The notes: generated by a model from the letters alone, not told the origin. DNA of 64,000 nucleotides from Phycisphaerae bacterium (GCA_963664745.2 CAXXMC010000003.1:62634-126633); one strand, 5' to 3'. Positions 18,960-29,071 are shown, counted from the first letter of the stretch. Translations and numbers: made by a program.

Positions 18960-20387
18960 ATGAATTATATTTCGACAAGAGGCCAGGTTTCGCCAATCGG
19001 TTTTCAGGACGCTGTGCTTATGGGCCTGGCGGACGACGGCGGACTAATTATCCCGGAGTCCATTCCGGATGTCTCAGCCAAGTTGGCAGCCTGGCGGGAA
19101 CTGTCGTACCCCCAGCTGGCCTATGAAATCATCAGCCTGTTTGCCACCGATATCCCCAAAGACGATCTGCGCGAGATTATCGAAAAAACATACAGCCATG
19201 CTTTCGAGGGCGGAGTTGCTCCGGTAGTGCCCGTGGGTGATCTGTTCATTCAGGAGTTGTGGCATGGGCCGACGCTCGCCTTCAAAGACGTAGCCCTGCA
19301 ATTGTTGGGCAATCTGTTTGAGTACATCCTTGGGCTGCGAGGCGGCAGGCTGAACATTCTCGGCGCGACCAGCGGCGACACCGGCAGTGCCGCGATTTAC
19401 GGATGCCGAGGCCGATCTGGGCTCGATATTTTTGTCATGCATCCCGACGGTAGAGTCTCGCCGATTCAGGAACGTCAGATGACGACCGTCCTGGACGATA
19501 ACGTTCACAATATGGCAATCAAGGGCAGCTTTGACGACTGTCAGAATATAATGAAAACCCTCGCAGCCGATCTGGAGTTCAAACGTCAGTATTCTCTCGG
19601 TGCGGTCAACAGCGTGAACTGGGCGCGTGTGCTGGCCCAGGTCGTTTACTATTTTTCCGGCGCGTTCGACGTCTGCAAACTCACCGGCGCGGAGAAAATT
19701 CGCGTTAGTGTGCCGACGGGTAACTTCGGCGACGTGCTGGCAGGGTGGTTCGCCATGAAAATGGGTGCTCCGATCGACCAGCTTATCCTGGCTACGAACG
19801 AAAACGACATTCTGTGTCGGTTCTTCAACACGGGCGAATATTCGCTGGGCAAAGTATTCTATACGCTCAGTCCGTCGATGGATATCCAGGTAGCCAGTAA
19901 TTTCGAGCGGTACCTTTACTATAAACTTGGCAGCAATCCTGTGAAACTGCGCGAAAAGATGGCTGGTTTTGCGAAGACCGGTTCACTTCGCGTGGAACTC
20001 GACGACGATGGCCCGGTCGACGCGGATTTCGTTTCCGCCAAGGCTGATCGTCAGCAGGTGATCAATACGATCAGCCGGTATTATCAGGAGTATAATTACG
20101 TGCTCGATCCGCACACAGCTGTGGGCGTCTTCGCAGCAGAGCAGGCAGGCCCGAAAAAAGCCGGCCCGGCTGGTGCGGGAAAAGAGGGTGTCAAAAAGAC
20201 GCCCGTGCTTTGTCTTGCCACCGCGCACCCTGCCAAGTTCCCAGCTGCGATAGAAGAAGCAGCCGGCAACAAAAACCTCGCCCATCATCCTAAGATCGAC
20301 GCCCTGATGGAAATGGAAACCCGCTGCGAAAAACTGCCAAACGACAAAGAAGCCGTCCGAGAATTCATGAAAAAGACATTGGACTAA
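18960..20387 (+). CDS. thrC: Threonine synthase
   Basis: YISTRG, HGPTLAFKD, ATSGDTGSAA, VPTGNFG, ATAHPAKF. Confidence 0.97.
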   Translation: MNYISTRGQVSPIGFQDAVLMGLADDGGLIIPESIPDVSAKLAAWRELSYPQLAYEIISLFATDIPKDDLREIIEKTYSHAFEGGVAPVVPVGDLFIQELWHGPTLAFKDVALQLLGNLFEYILGLRGGRLNILGATSGDTGSAAIYGCRGRSGLDIFVMHPDGRVSPIQERQMTTVLDDNVHNMAIKGSFDDCQNIMKTLAADLEFKRQYSLGAVNSVNWARVLAQVVYYFSGAFDVCKLTGAEKIRVSVPTGNFGDVLAGWFAMKMGAPIDQLILATNENDILCRFFNTGEYSLGKVFYTLSPSMDIQVASNFERYLYYKLGSNPVKLREKMAGFAKTGSLRVELDDDGPVDADFVSAKADRQQVINTISRYYQEYNYVLDPHTAVGVFAAEQAGPKKAGPAGAGKEGVKKTPVLCLATAHPAKFPAAIEEAAGNKNLAHHPKIDALMEMETRCEKLPNDKEAVREFMKKTLD

Positions 20388-20405
20388 GAAATCCTTACGA
20401 AAGGA

Positions 20406-20442
20406 TAGCGGCACGTAACGAACAGATGTTACGTGCCCTACG
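20406..20442. repeat. GTAG-type REP-like hairpin, copy 2
   Basis: Minus strand reads GTAGGGCACGTAAC-ATCTGTTC-GTTACGTGCC; same loop as 3149-3186. Confidence 0.65.
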
Positions 20443-20691
20443 TTGAAGCGTGGGTCATCCTTTTGGAATTTGCCAGCCAGGGCTCCTGTCCTGGCTGTGA
20501 GCCTGCGAAGCAGGCTATTTCTTGTAGCAAAGGTTTTGACTTTTAAACCAGATGTTATCAGTTAATTCCAGCAGGGCCGTTTTACAAAAGCGTCCCCGCA
20601 CGTGCCGGGACAGGAACCCCGGCACGCAAAAAGAAAAATTGTGTATTAAGTTGGCCAGCCAAGGTTTTGATTCTGTTAAGAATATGTATTC

Positions 20692-20792
20692 TGTCATTGC
20701 GAGCAATTCGCTTCGCTCGGTGTAAACTCCACGAAGCTATCTTGCTTCTAGTCACCGCAGATTGCCGCGTCGCTACGCTCCTCGCAATGACA
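20692..20792. repeat. GTCATTGCGAG REP-like palindrome, copy 2
   Basis: Right arm AGATTGCCGCGTCGCTACGCTCCTCGCAATGAC is the reverse complement of the left arm at 6322. Confidence 0.85.
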
Positions 20793-20808
20793 AGTGTTCA
20801 ACGTTGGA

Positions 20809-20848
20809 AATGAATATCGAATAATGAATATCGAATAATGAATATCGA
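20809..20848. repeat. Tandem repeat AATGAATATCGAAT, about 3 copies (heptamer-based)
   Basis: Read directly from the sequence. Confidence 0.8.
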
Positions 20849-20986
20849 GCAGGGAAGTTTGAAGTAGAAAAATAACATAAAAAATCAATTCGTGAAATTT
20901 GCAGTCAATCCGTGTAATCTGTGGTCTGGATTTTTGCTGGCTTGGCTTTTTGGAAATTGGAACATTAAAATTAAGGTTATTTGAAA

Positions 20987-21790
20987 ATGATAAAATTAGC
21001 GATTATCGGAGCATCTGGTCGTATGGGTCGGCGGATAGCAGCGTTGGCCATGGAATCTGAGAAGTTTGACATCGTAGCCGGCACGGAATATTCGGGTTCG
21101 CCTGATCTTGGCAAGGACGTCGGCGAGCTGGCTGGGGTGGGCAAGTTCGGCGTAGCTGTGACGGACAATCTCGATCACATCGACGCGGACACCTGGCCTG
21201 ACGTGGCGATAGATTTTTCATTGCCTGAGGGCACGATGCACTGGCTGCCGATCTTGCGACAGAAGGGTATTCCGATTATTCTCGGCACGACCGGTCTGAC
21301 GGAGAGTCAGCAGGCTGAGGTGGCAGACACAGCTGGTACTATTCCAGTCGTTTATGCGGGCAATTATTCGCTGGGCATAAACCTGTTGACGAAGCTCCTA
21401 GGCCAGGCTGCCCAGGTACTCGGCGATAGTTACGACGTCGAGATTTCTGAGACGCATCACCGCTTCAAGAAGGACGCTCCCAGCGGCACAGCTATAATGT
21501 TGGCCAAGGCTGTCTGCGAAGCCACCGGCAGGAATTACGGCGAGAGCGTAACGCATGGCCGGGGCGGACATCAGCCGAGGAAACCCGGCGAAATCGGCAT
21601 GCACGCACTGAGGATGGGCAACGTTGTGGGCGAACATTCGGTTTCGTTCGGCAGTCTGGGCGAGATAATTACCTTCAGCCATTCCGCGATATCGCGCGAT
21701 ACTTTCGTATACGGCGCACTCAGGGCAGCCCAGTGGATTATGGGAAAACGACCCTGTCTGTATGATATGTGCGACGTCCTGGGATTATAA
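20987..21790 (+). CDS. dapB: 4-hydroxy-tetrahydrodipicolinate reductase
   Basis: GASGRMG, ETHHRFKKDAPSGTA. Confidence 0.97.
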   Translation: MIKLAIIGASGRMGRRIAALAMESEKFDIVAGTEYSGSPDLGKDVGELAGVGKFGVAVTDNLDHIDADTWPDVAIDFSLPEGTMHWLPILRQKGIPIILGTTGLTESQQAEVADTAGTIPVVYAGNYSLGINLLTKLLGQAAQVLGDSYDVEISETHHRFKKDAPSGTAIMLAKAVCEATGRNYGESVTHGRGGHQPRKPGEIGMHALRMGNVVGEHSVSFGSLGEIITFSHSAISRDTFVYGALRAAQWIMGKRPCLYDMCDVLGL

Positions 21791-21854
21791 AAGCCGTCAA
21801 AAAGCGACTTTATCCGGGATAGGGCAGAATATATCGAGGAAAATAGAAAACTAC

Positions 21855-21907
21855 TTGCTTTCCAGGAAGGGTTCGCATAGAATACTCTGCTATATAGAGT
21901 ATTCTAT
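21855..21907 (+). promoter_or_regulatory. Promoter TTGCTT-17-TAGAAT with an overlapping operator-like palindrome
   Basis: ATAGAATACTCT-N7-AGAGTATTCTAT at 21877-21907, upstream of a membrane protein/wHTH gene pair. Confidence 0.75.
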
Positions 21908-21970
21908 ATTGTTTCTGGATTGTCTTGGCGGAAAATTATTCAGATAGAATTTTTTAAGGGAGAGCGAGTA

Positions 21971-22561
21971 ATGGAAATTACGACTCAGCAGGCGGGCGAA
22001 GCGATGCGGGCTGTGGAGCAGGCCGGTCGCCAGATGCGAAGCAAGATGATTTATCATGGTGTAGGGCAAATTCTGATCTTGTGGGGTATCATTTGGGCGA
22101 TCTGTTTTTCAATAGGCCAGTTCGTGCCGAAATTTACCAACTGGGGTTGGATTATCGGAAACATAATCGGGATTTCAGGCACTGCCTGGCTTGGTTGGTT
22201 ATCGCAGCGGAGCGGGCCTGTGGTGGGGGAGTCGGAGAAAAAGCTAGGCCGACGTTTGGCATGGTTCTGGTTTAGCCTTTTCATTTTTGCCGATATCTGG
22301 CTGATTCTGCTTTTCCCGTGGCATGGCAGGCAGTTGCAAATATTCATCGTGACGCTGATAATGTTCGCTTACGTTGTTATGGGGTTATGGCTTGAAATGA
22401 GGTTGATGCTCTGGCTGGGGATTGTAGTAACCGCCTTTTCTGTCGGTGGTTATATTGGCCTGTCGTATGTCTTGCCAGGCTACCTTGACCTCTGGATGGC
22501 CTGCATGGGCGGCGGGGCGTTTCTGGTCAGCGGCGTTTATCTCGTGCGGAAGTGGGGCTAA
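21971..22561 (+). CDS. Hypothetical integral membrane protein (about 6 TM)
   Basis: Hydrophobic segments; RBS; adjacent to a wHTH regulator. Confidence 0.75.
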   Translation: MEITTQQAGEAMRAVEQAGRQMRSKMIYHGVGQILILWGIIWAICFSIGQFVPKFTNWGWIIGNIIGISGTAWLGWLSQRSGPVVGESEKKLGRRLAWFWFSLFIFADIWLILLFPWHGRQLQIFIVTLIMFAYVVMGLWLEMRLMLWLGIVVTAFSVGGYIGLSYVLPGYLDLWMACMGGGAFLVSGVYLVRKWG

Positions 22562-22563
22562 TA

Positions 22564-22854
22564 ATGCCCTCCATAAACAAACTCATCCATGAACCAGCCA
22601 GGCTGAAGATCGCAGCTTCACTGGCAACGTTGAAAAATGATATGGAAGTTGATTTCACCTTCCTGCAAAGCCAACTCAAGCTCACGCCCGGTAATCTCGG
22701 CGCACACATAGACAGGCTGGAACAGGCAGGTTATGTACGTTCGCGAAAAACTTTCATAGGTCGCAGGCCAAAAACCTTCCTCCAATTAACCGTAAAGGGC
22801 AGGCGGGCATATGAAGATCATGTAGAGGCTCTGAAAGAAATCATTGAAACATGA
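22564..22854 (+). CDS. Winged-helix transcriptional regulator (ArsR/MarR-like)
   Basis: IHEPARLKI, LTPGNLGAH, LEQAGYV, LTVKGR. Confidence 0.85.
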   Translation: MPSINKLIHEPARLKIAASLATLKNDMEVDFTFLQSQLKLTPGNLGAHIDRLEQAGYVRSRKTFIGRRPKTFLQLTVKGRRAYEDHVEALKEIIET

Positions 22855-22940
22855 CGTCAGCAGAATAAAAAAAATCCCCGAGCCTACACCTCTACCTCAA
22901 TCCCCTATGGTTTCAGATTCATCGGCCTTTCTGTTGCAAG

Positions 22941-23141
22941 CTAAACCTCGATAGCTTCTTCTTCCAGAAGGGTTTCGGGCACAAAGTTGCTCACTGCTGC
23001 GAGATAACCCTTGATAGCGTCATCCAGCCGTTCCCGAGCCTGATCCTTTGAACTGCCCCTGCTCATACAGCCTGGCAGGGTTGGACAAAAGGCGGTGAAT
23101 CCTCCATGATCATTTCTCACAATTCTTATACTCAGTTTCAT
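22941..23141 (-). CDS. HicB-like antitoxin-family small protein (no adjacent HicA)
   Basis: FTAFCPTLPGCMSRGSSKDQARERLDDAI. Confidence 0.8.
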   Translation of the reverse strand: MKLSIRIVRNDHGGFTAFCPTLPGCMSRGSSKDQARERLDDAIKGYLAAVSNFVPETLLEEEAIEV

Positions 23142-23807
23142 CCGTCACCTCTGATATCTGAATAGCCCTTACGGAAACCAATTCAAAAAGCGAAACCGGG
23201 ACTTTTCCCTGAAATCCGGGAAACACCGAAAAAGTACTGCAATAAACCGTTCCGATTACCGAATATCCCGGTACACACCGAAAACCTATCAAGAATACAT
23301 TTACATAGGATTTGGGCTTTACGAAATTTCAATAAAACTTAATTTATCGCAAAAAAAAAACTGCCCCGAAAACAACCTACATTCCTCAGAACAGGCTGCG
23401 CGAAAATTACCGCCACATTCACTATTTGATTTTAGGTGACTATTTTGCGAATAGCAAGTTGAAAAAACACTATTATTTCGGCTTAAAAGTAATATTTACG
23501 CCAGCGAAGGGCGGCTCGTGTAACCATCAATATAATAAGGGTGTTACGAGCTAAGCCTATTGCGTATTTTTTTTAAGTCGCCTGGTTACGCTCTGTTAAT
23601 GTCTAAAAAAAATCACAAACCTCTTGGCCATTTTAATATATTGGGAACAAGAGATTTGGACGGGGGGCAATTATTGTGACATTTTGCGAAGACAGGCCTT
23701 CGATGTTCTGAATGCTCAAGCAAAAAAAACACTGCCGATTTTAATGCCATTAGTGACATTTCTTATAAATAGCGTACAATTGCATGTAAGGATAACGGTG
23801 AAAGTTT

Positions 23808-24740
23808 ATGGCTCGTAAAAATAATAATGCGAAAAATATGAACCTGAAAAAGTTGACCACAGCGGTTTTGCGGAGTTACAGCAGACAGAGTGGCCTGCAG
23901 CGAATCGGCGAGACGTTTCTGCCTTCCCGCTCAAGGATAGTCGAAGTTCTTGACCAGATTCGTCAGCTATTGTTCCCCGGCTTTTTCGGACACAAAAAGC
24001 TCGAAGCCGAGAATGTAGCCTACCACGTAGGCAATCTGATATCCAAGATAGCCGCTGAGCTCTCAGCTGAGATTCTCCACTGCATGTGTTCAGATCAGTG
24101 TTGTGAGTTCTGTCACCAAGCCGACCGCTGCAAGGCAGAGGCTGACAGGATATCGCAGGACTTCCTTAGCAAAATTCCGGAAATGCGTAAAATGCTGGCT
24201 TTGGATGCCCAGGCAGCCTATGACGGCGACCCAGCTGCCAAGAGTATCGACGAAGTAATCTACTGCTATCCCGGTTTTTATGCCGTGTGCGTTTACCGTA
24301 TAGCACATGAACTGCTGACCATCGGCGTGCCGTTGATGCCCCGGATTATGTCTGAGCACGCCCACAGCCTGACCGGCGCGGACATTCATCCTGGCGCGAC
24401 AATCGGCAAGAGGTTTTTTATTGATCATGCGACGGGTGTCGTAATCGGCGAGACAACACATATCGGCAATAACGTCAAGGTTTATCAGGGAGTTACGCTT
24501 GGAGCCCTGAGTTTCCCCAAGGATGAGCGAGGCAGGGTCATCAAGGGCCTGCAACGACACCCAACCCTTCAGGACGACGTGACAATCTATGCAAACGCGA
24601 CGATCCTTGGCGGGAAAACCGTTATCGGCAAAGGTGTAACGGTGGGCGGCAACACATTTGTAACTCAGTCGATCATAGCCAAGAGTACGGTAACGCATAA
24701 ACCAGCCGAGTTGGAAGTCCGCCGTAAGAAACGCAAATGA
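23808..24740 (+). CDS. cysE: Serine O-acetyltransferase
   Basis: GDPAAKS, DIHPGA, FIDHATGVVIGET, RHPTL. Confidence 0.93.
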   Translation: MARKNNNAKNMNLKKLTTAVLRSYSRQSGLQRIGETFLPSRSRIVEVLDQIRQLLFPGFFGHKKLEAENVAYHVGNLISKIAAELSAEILHCMCSDQCCEFCHQADRCKAEADRISQDFLSKIPEMRKMLALDAQAAYDGDPAAKSIDEVIYCYPGFYAVCVYRIAHELLTIGVPLMPRIMSEHAHSLTGADIHPGATIGKRFFIDHATGVVIGETTHIGNNVKVYQGVTLGALSFPKDERGRVIKGLQRHPTLQDDVTIYANATILGGKTVIGKGVTVGGNTFVTQSIIAKSTVTHKPAELEVRRKKRK

Positions 24741-24829
24741 TTGGATGATTTCATGGACATGCCTCGTTTTTGAGTGTATAGTACGCCGTTTCGCTCGGCT
24801 GGGCCGAGAATAAGCAGGAGTATAAGAAG

Positions 24830-25573
24830 ATGGATTACTCAGGTGTCTCAGACGATTTCTTCGTGAATCTGAATGTGCAGACGACAATGACCCTGCCAAA
24901 AAGCAGGGAGACCATTCTGCATTTCTTTGAAGCGATGCAGAAAGAGTTTCCGACAATGACCAGTTTCTATCAGCGGGATACCGGAGAGTTTACACTCGAA
25001 GGTGATCGTGAGGGCGGAAGCTATAGCTGGGCGGAAATTCATTCGCATAGAATATGCGCAGGTTTCTTCAACCCGCCTAGCCTGTCCGATGCCTACCATC
25101 TTCACCGCTGGCTGCTCGAGCGAAGCATTTATTACCTGGGCCTGGGCGGACTGGATGTCGATGCGCTGGATGTTCTCTTTGGATTCAACCTTGATTTCAC
25201 GGGCAACCGTGACGGCATTGTTGCCAATGCGCTTCTCGGCGATGCCCCGCTGTCTCATTTCGCGTCCGACCCGGATATCAAGCCCGTGGAATTTGAGCCG
25301 AATATCGTTTTTGCGCTGGATGAGGATTGCTATCTGCAAGGCAGGGTTTCTGTCGAGACCCGGTGCAACAGCTATCAGGTACGCACCGGAGAATTTGACG
25401 AGGAACCGATCAGCGTTTATTTCACGATCCGACAATACCCGGCTCCGGGCAAAATAATTGACATGCAGGAATCGTTCCAGAAGCAATGCGAACTGTGCGA
25501 GGAATACACAGGCAGGCTTGTTGTGCCCCAGATAATCAAGCCCATCGCCCAGGCAATCTCCACAGCTCAGTAG
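24830..25573 (+). CDS. Hypothetical protein
   Basis: 247-aa ORF with GGAG RBS and protein-like composition; no recognised motif. Confidence 0.7.
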   Translation: MDYSGVSDDFFVNLNVQTTMTLPKSRETILHFFEAMQKEFPTMTSFYQRDTGEFTLEGDREGGSYSWAEIHSHRICAGFFNPPSLSDAYHLHRWLLERSIYYLGLGGLDVDALDVLFGFNLDFTGNRDGIVANALLGDAPLSHFASDPDIKPVEFEPNIVFALDEDCYLQGRVSVETRCNSYQVRTGEFDEEPISVYFTIRQYPAPGKIIDMQESFQKQCELCEEYTGRLVVPQIIKPIAQAISTAQ

Positions 25574-25610
25574 AAATTCGCCGGGATTATAAGCAAGCTC
25601 CAGGCGGGCG

Positions 25611-25638
25611 AAAAAAAACGCCATCCAAAGGATGGCGT
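25611..25638 (-). terminator. Intrinsic terminator for the cold-shock gene
   Basis: ACGCCATCC-AAA-GGATGGCGT followed by a U-tract on the minus strand. Confidence 0.75.
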
Positions 25639-25673
25639 AGATAACTTATTTTAAATAATCTTTTTGTTCAGGC

Positions 25674-25874
25674 TTATGCCTTCTTTACGTTGGTAGCCTT
25701 GGGGCCTTTTTCGCCTGAGACGATATCACAAGTTACAGCTTCGCCTTCAGACAGCGACTTGAACCCGTCGCCGATGATATCGCTATGATGCACGAAAGCT
25801 TCCGTACCATCCGCCATCGAGATGAACCCAAATCCTTTGTCGTCCTTGAACCATTTTACATTTCCGTTTGCCAT
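25674..25874 (-). CDS. Cold-shock protein
   Basis: GNVKWF, KGFGFI, FVHHS. Confidence 0.95.
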   Translation of the reverse strand: MANGNVKWFKDDKGFGFISMADGTEAFVHHSDIIGDGFKSLSEGEAVTCDIVSGEKGPKATNVKKA

Positions 25875-26131
25875 TTTTTGGCTCCTTATTAAATCGGCGC
25901 GTCGGGTTTGTCTTGAACAAACATGGTCGGACGCCACTCGAGCCATTTTGGCTGGACGGGAAACACTTCCACTATTAACTAACCAACCGAACCTGAAATA
26001 CTAACTTCTGCTGCACTTCTGCCGCGTATTCTGCGAAAGTTCAGCATTGCTGTCAAGCTTCTTCTGGTTTTGTAAGGCTTAATAAAAAGTAATGTTCCCG
26101 TAATAACCGTTTTTTTGCAGGCTGTAACTGA

Positions 26132-27328
26132 TTAATCGGGACAATTCTCCGCCCAGGAAGTCTTTCGGATTTCATCAAAGAATGGTGTTGTTTTCGTTTC
26201 GACGCAGGCTGCGGCGTAGAGGAACATCGCTGCAGACCATGTCTGCCAGTCCTGTCCCCTGGGCTGACCATCCTGGGCCTTGATCCATTCATTAAAACCG
26301 AAGTTGACAGGCTCAAACCTGGCCGGGCGAACAAGCTCAGCCAGAGACTGCAATTTTTCCTCAGCCAGCTTGTATCGACCAGCTGCGACGAGGGCTGCGA
26401 TATAAAAGCCGCAAATGAAAGGCCAAACCCCGCCGTTGTGGTAATCGCCAGGTTTATTGAACCGCTCATACCTTGGTAACCAGTCCGGATCAGTATGCCT
26501 GATGAAAGGAAAAAAATTCGGCGGGAGATCAATTGACAGATCGCCGGATTTTCGCATTGCTTCGCACTCGGCTTCCACCCATGAGACGATGGCTTTGGCA
26601 CGCGACGCCGGCGCCAGCCCGAAAAGTATGGCCAGGCTGTTTCCGAGCAGGTCAAACCTTTCACTGCTGTAGACCTTGTAGGACCATAAAGCATAGTAGG
26701 GCTTATGCTTGACGACCAAACCTTCATGAACGTGCCGATGCTGACTCTCGTCCGTAATCGTAAAATGACTCATAAGCTGGCCAAGTCTGTCAGCTTTTTC
26801 GTTCTGGCCGAAGATACGCAGATAACCGTAGACCAGCGTATTTACGAACAGCCCGAAGCACGGAACCCACTGCTCATCCCGCCAGTCGCTGGTCGGCAAT
26901 TGAGCTACCATGATCCGGTCGGAAGGACTTTGGTAGCTCATCCATGTCATCGCTTTTTCCGCAGCCTCTGCCAGGAAATCCGGTTCACCCATCGCATTGC
27001 GAAAGCATCCCAAAGTAAGCAGGAACAATGGCGTCGTGTCGCTGGCTCCGCGATCTTCCGGGTCGTGAACCAATGACGGAATATGGCCATGTGGACTTTG
27101 ATTTTTCGCAAGGGTCTCCAGAACCCTCCTTAGTTTTTTGATGAGCTGTTTGTTACCGGAAACAAGCGTTCCCAGACCTGCTATCATCAAATCTCGCGTG
27201 TAAGGTTCTGGATACCCCCAGCCTGCCGTTCTGGGCAGATGCTGATAAGGCCCGTTCATGTTATGGAGCAATATTTCCAGGGCAGCTGACTTTGCCTGCT
27301 CAATCGAGTCCATGCTTTTTTTTGCCAT
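26132..27328 (-). CDS. (alpha/alpha)6 glycoside hydrolase, GH100 (alkaline/neutral invertase)-like
   Basis: YTRD, SDWRDE, YHNGGVWPF, FNEW, WQTWSAA. Confidence 0.75.
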   Translation of the reverse strand: MAKKSMDSIEQAKSAALEILLHNMNGPYQHLPRTAGWGYPEPYTRDLMIAGLGTLVSGNKQLIKKLRRVLETLAKNQSPHGHIPSLVHDPEDRGASDTTPLFLLTLGCFRNAMGEPDFLAEAAEKAMTWMSYQSPSDRIMVAQLPTSDWRDEQWVPCFGLFVNTLVYGYLRIFGQNEKADRLGQLMSHFTITDESQHRHVHEGLVVKHKPYYALWSYKVYSSERFDLLGNSLAILFGLAPASRAKAIVSWVEAECEAMRKSGDLSIDLPPNFFPFIRHTDPDWLPRYERFNKPGDYHNGGVWPFICGFYIAALVAAGRYKLAEEKLQSLAELVRPARFEPVNFGFNEWIKAQDGQPRGQDWQTWSAAMFLYAAACVETKTTPFFDEIRKTSWAENCPD

Positions 27329-27329
27329 T

Positions 27330-28472
27330 TCAGGAAATTCCCATTCGTTCGGATACAAGTTTTACGAATTTCTTGGCTACGACGCGGTAATCAAAAAGTT
27401 CGACAACTCTTTCCCTGCCTGCGTCGCCAAGCTTCTGTCGCAATTCGGCATCGGAGGTAAGATCCATCATGTATTTAGCGATATCGTGTATGCTTGCCCG
27501 ATAGTCAGCTGTGCGAGGTTTTTTAAATACGACACGATGGCCCGGCTCATATCCCTGGTCTTCTCCGAGCGTGGTTTCTCGCAGACGCACTTCCTGGGCT
27601 ACCCCAGCCAGCAGGGCGGTCTTTCCGTGCACGAGGGTATCGAGCATTCCCATGGCCTTTACGCTGAGAACCGGCTTGCCGCAGGCACCGGCTTCGACCT
27701 GGCCCATTCCGAAACCTTCGAGTCTGGAGGGAGCGGCGTAGATATCGCAGGCAGCCATGAGATAAGGCATGAAATTACGGGAGTTCTTGCCTATCGAGAA
27801 GGTAACGTTTTTCTCGATCCCCAGATTCGTAGCCAGCTGGAGGTCGGAAAGGTTCTGATGTTCAGTCCTAGGCTGAGGCCAGACCTTGCAGACGTATTTC
27901 CAGTCCGGCGCCTTTGAATCAATAAGGGCCATGGCCTGCATTACCTCCTGCGCGCCCTTGGAAGCTGCGTCACCGCCTACGGTGAGAATCATAATCTGGT
28001 CTTCTGATACGCCAAGCGCCTCGCGAACAGCCTTGACTTTGGGATCTGTTTTCTCTCTGGGAATAAACGCGTCGGTATCACAGCCTACCGGGAGAACCTC
28101 GATCCTGTCGGGGTTCAATCCGTCTCGCACATAAACCTTTTTCACCCATTCGGAAGTAACCAGCATTAACGGCAGATCATTTAGAACTTCCATGTAGTTT
28201 GCAAGGTAGCCGTCCACAACCAGCCAGGGTACGGGTTGAACTCCGTATCGCTTGGGATGAATCACCAGGTCAGGCGTATGGCCCCAGTATCCTATGCCGA
28301 CAACAACGTCAGGCTCAAACCACCGATAGTACCATTCCTTTTCCTGGGCAGACTCAAAATTTACAGGGTGTACGTCCACGCCGATTTCCTGTAGCCCTCT
28401 GTAAAGCAGATCACCCTGAGTTGCCAGCCCTCCCGGTGAAGGAGGATAATCATAAAGCACAAGTACTTTCAT
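27330..28472 (-). CDS. GT4 family glycosyltransferase
   Basis: PSRLEGFGMGQVEAGACGKPV. Confidence 0.9.
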   Translation of the reverse strand: MKVLVLYDYPPSPGGLATQGDLLYRGLQEIGVDVHPVNFESAQEKEWYYRWFEPDVVVGIGYWGHTPDLVIHPKRYGVQPVPWLVVDGYLANYMEVLNDLPLMLVTSEWVKKVYVRDGLNPDRIEVLPVGCDTDAFIPREKTDPKVKAVREALGVSEDQIMILTVGGDAASKGAQEVMQAMALIDSKAPDWKYVCKVWPQPRTEHQNLSDLQLATNLGIEKNVTFSIGKNSRNFMPYLMAACDIYAAPSRLEGFGMGQVEAGACGKPVLSVKAMGMLDTLVHGKTALLAGVAQEVRLRETTLGEDQGYEPGHRVVFKKPRTADYRASIHDIAKYMMDLTSDAELRQKLGDAGRERVVELFDYRVVAKKFVKLVSERMGIS

Positions 28473-28477
28473 AACAT

Positions 28478-29071
28478 TTACTCCTCTTCTGGAAATTTCC
28501 ATCTGCGCAGCCCTTCGGGCGAAATGCAGACGGAAAACTCAAATGAATCCTCGCCGTATCCGTACATGTCCCGGATAATCCGGCGCTTCTCTTGTAAATC
28601 ATTTTCGCTCAGTTCGACTATGATGTCAGCCTGGGCTGAGGCCTCGCAGATCTTGGCCTGGGCGTCGCAGTCGTATGCAAAAGTCCACAGTTCCCCGCAT
28701 TCCAGTATTCCGTCTCGAATGAGATCGAGTATTTCGATGTGTGTTTCCTTATGCCTCTGATGGCCATACTCCCCGTTGGCGCCGTGGGTGATACAGATAT
28801 CCCATGGAATACTGGCCAGGTGTTCCGCAACCCGATCCCCGATTTCTCTGCGGGTGTTAATAGGCTCAAGCTCACTGCTGTCGTTCAGATCGGAGATGAA
28901 ACCCTTTACGCCCAGATGCTCGCAGACGCGATAAAATTTCGGACATCGATCAGCGTCGTCGGCCCTGGAGAGACTAAGAACCGTCCAGTCCCACCGGGGA
29001 TGCTGCAGGATAAGACCACCACACCATATTATCTCATCGTCAGGATGAGCTACGACAATCGCCACATTCAT
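28478..29071 (-). CDS. PIG-L/LmbE family N-acetyl sugar deacetylase
   Basis: VAHPDDE and THGANGEYGHQRH. Confidence 0.88.
   Translation of the reverse strand: MNVAIVVAHPDDEIIWCGGLILQHPRWDWTVLSLSRADDADRCPKFYRVCEHLGVKGFISDLNDSSELEPINTRREIGDRVAEHLASIPWDICITHGANGEYGHQRHKETHIEILDLIRDGILECGELWTFAYDCDAQAKICEASAQADIIVELSENDLQEKRRIIRDMYGYGEDSFEFSVCISPEGLRRWKFPEEE

Noticed and set aside
20809-20848. CRISPR-like array
   Set aside because: Contiguous 14-mer tandem with no spacers; no cas genes in the window.
23514-23551. dif site
   Set aside because: Does not fit the 11-6-11 XerC/XerD layout or the TTATGTTAAAT arm.
24090-25624. Long antisense or overlapping ORFs (e.g. 24090-24956, 24848-25624, 39930-40718)
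   Set aside because: Shadow frames of better-supported genes, with no motifs of their own.
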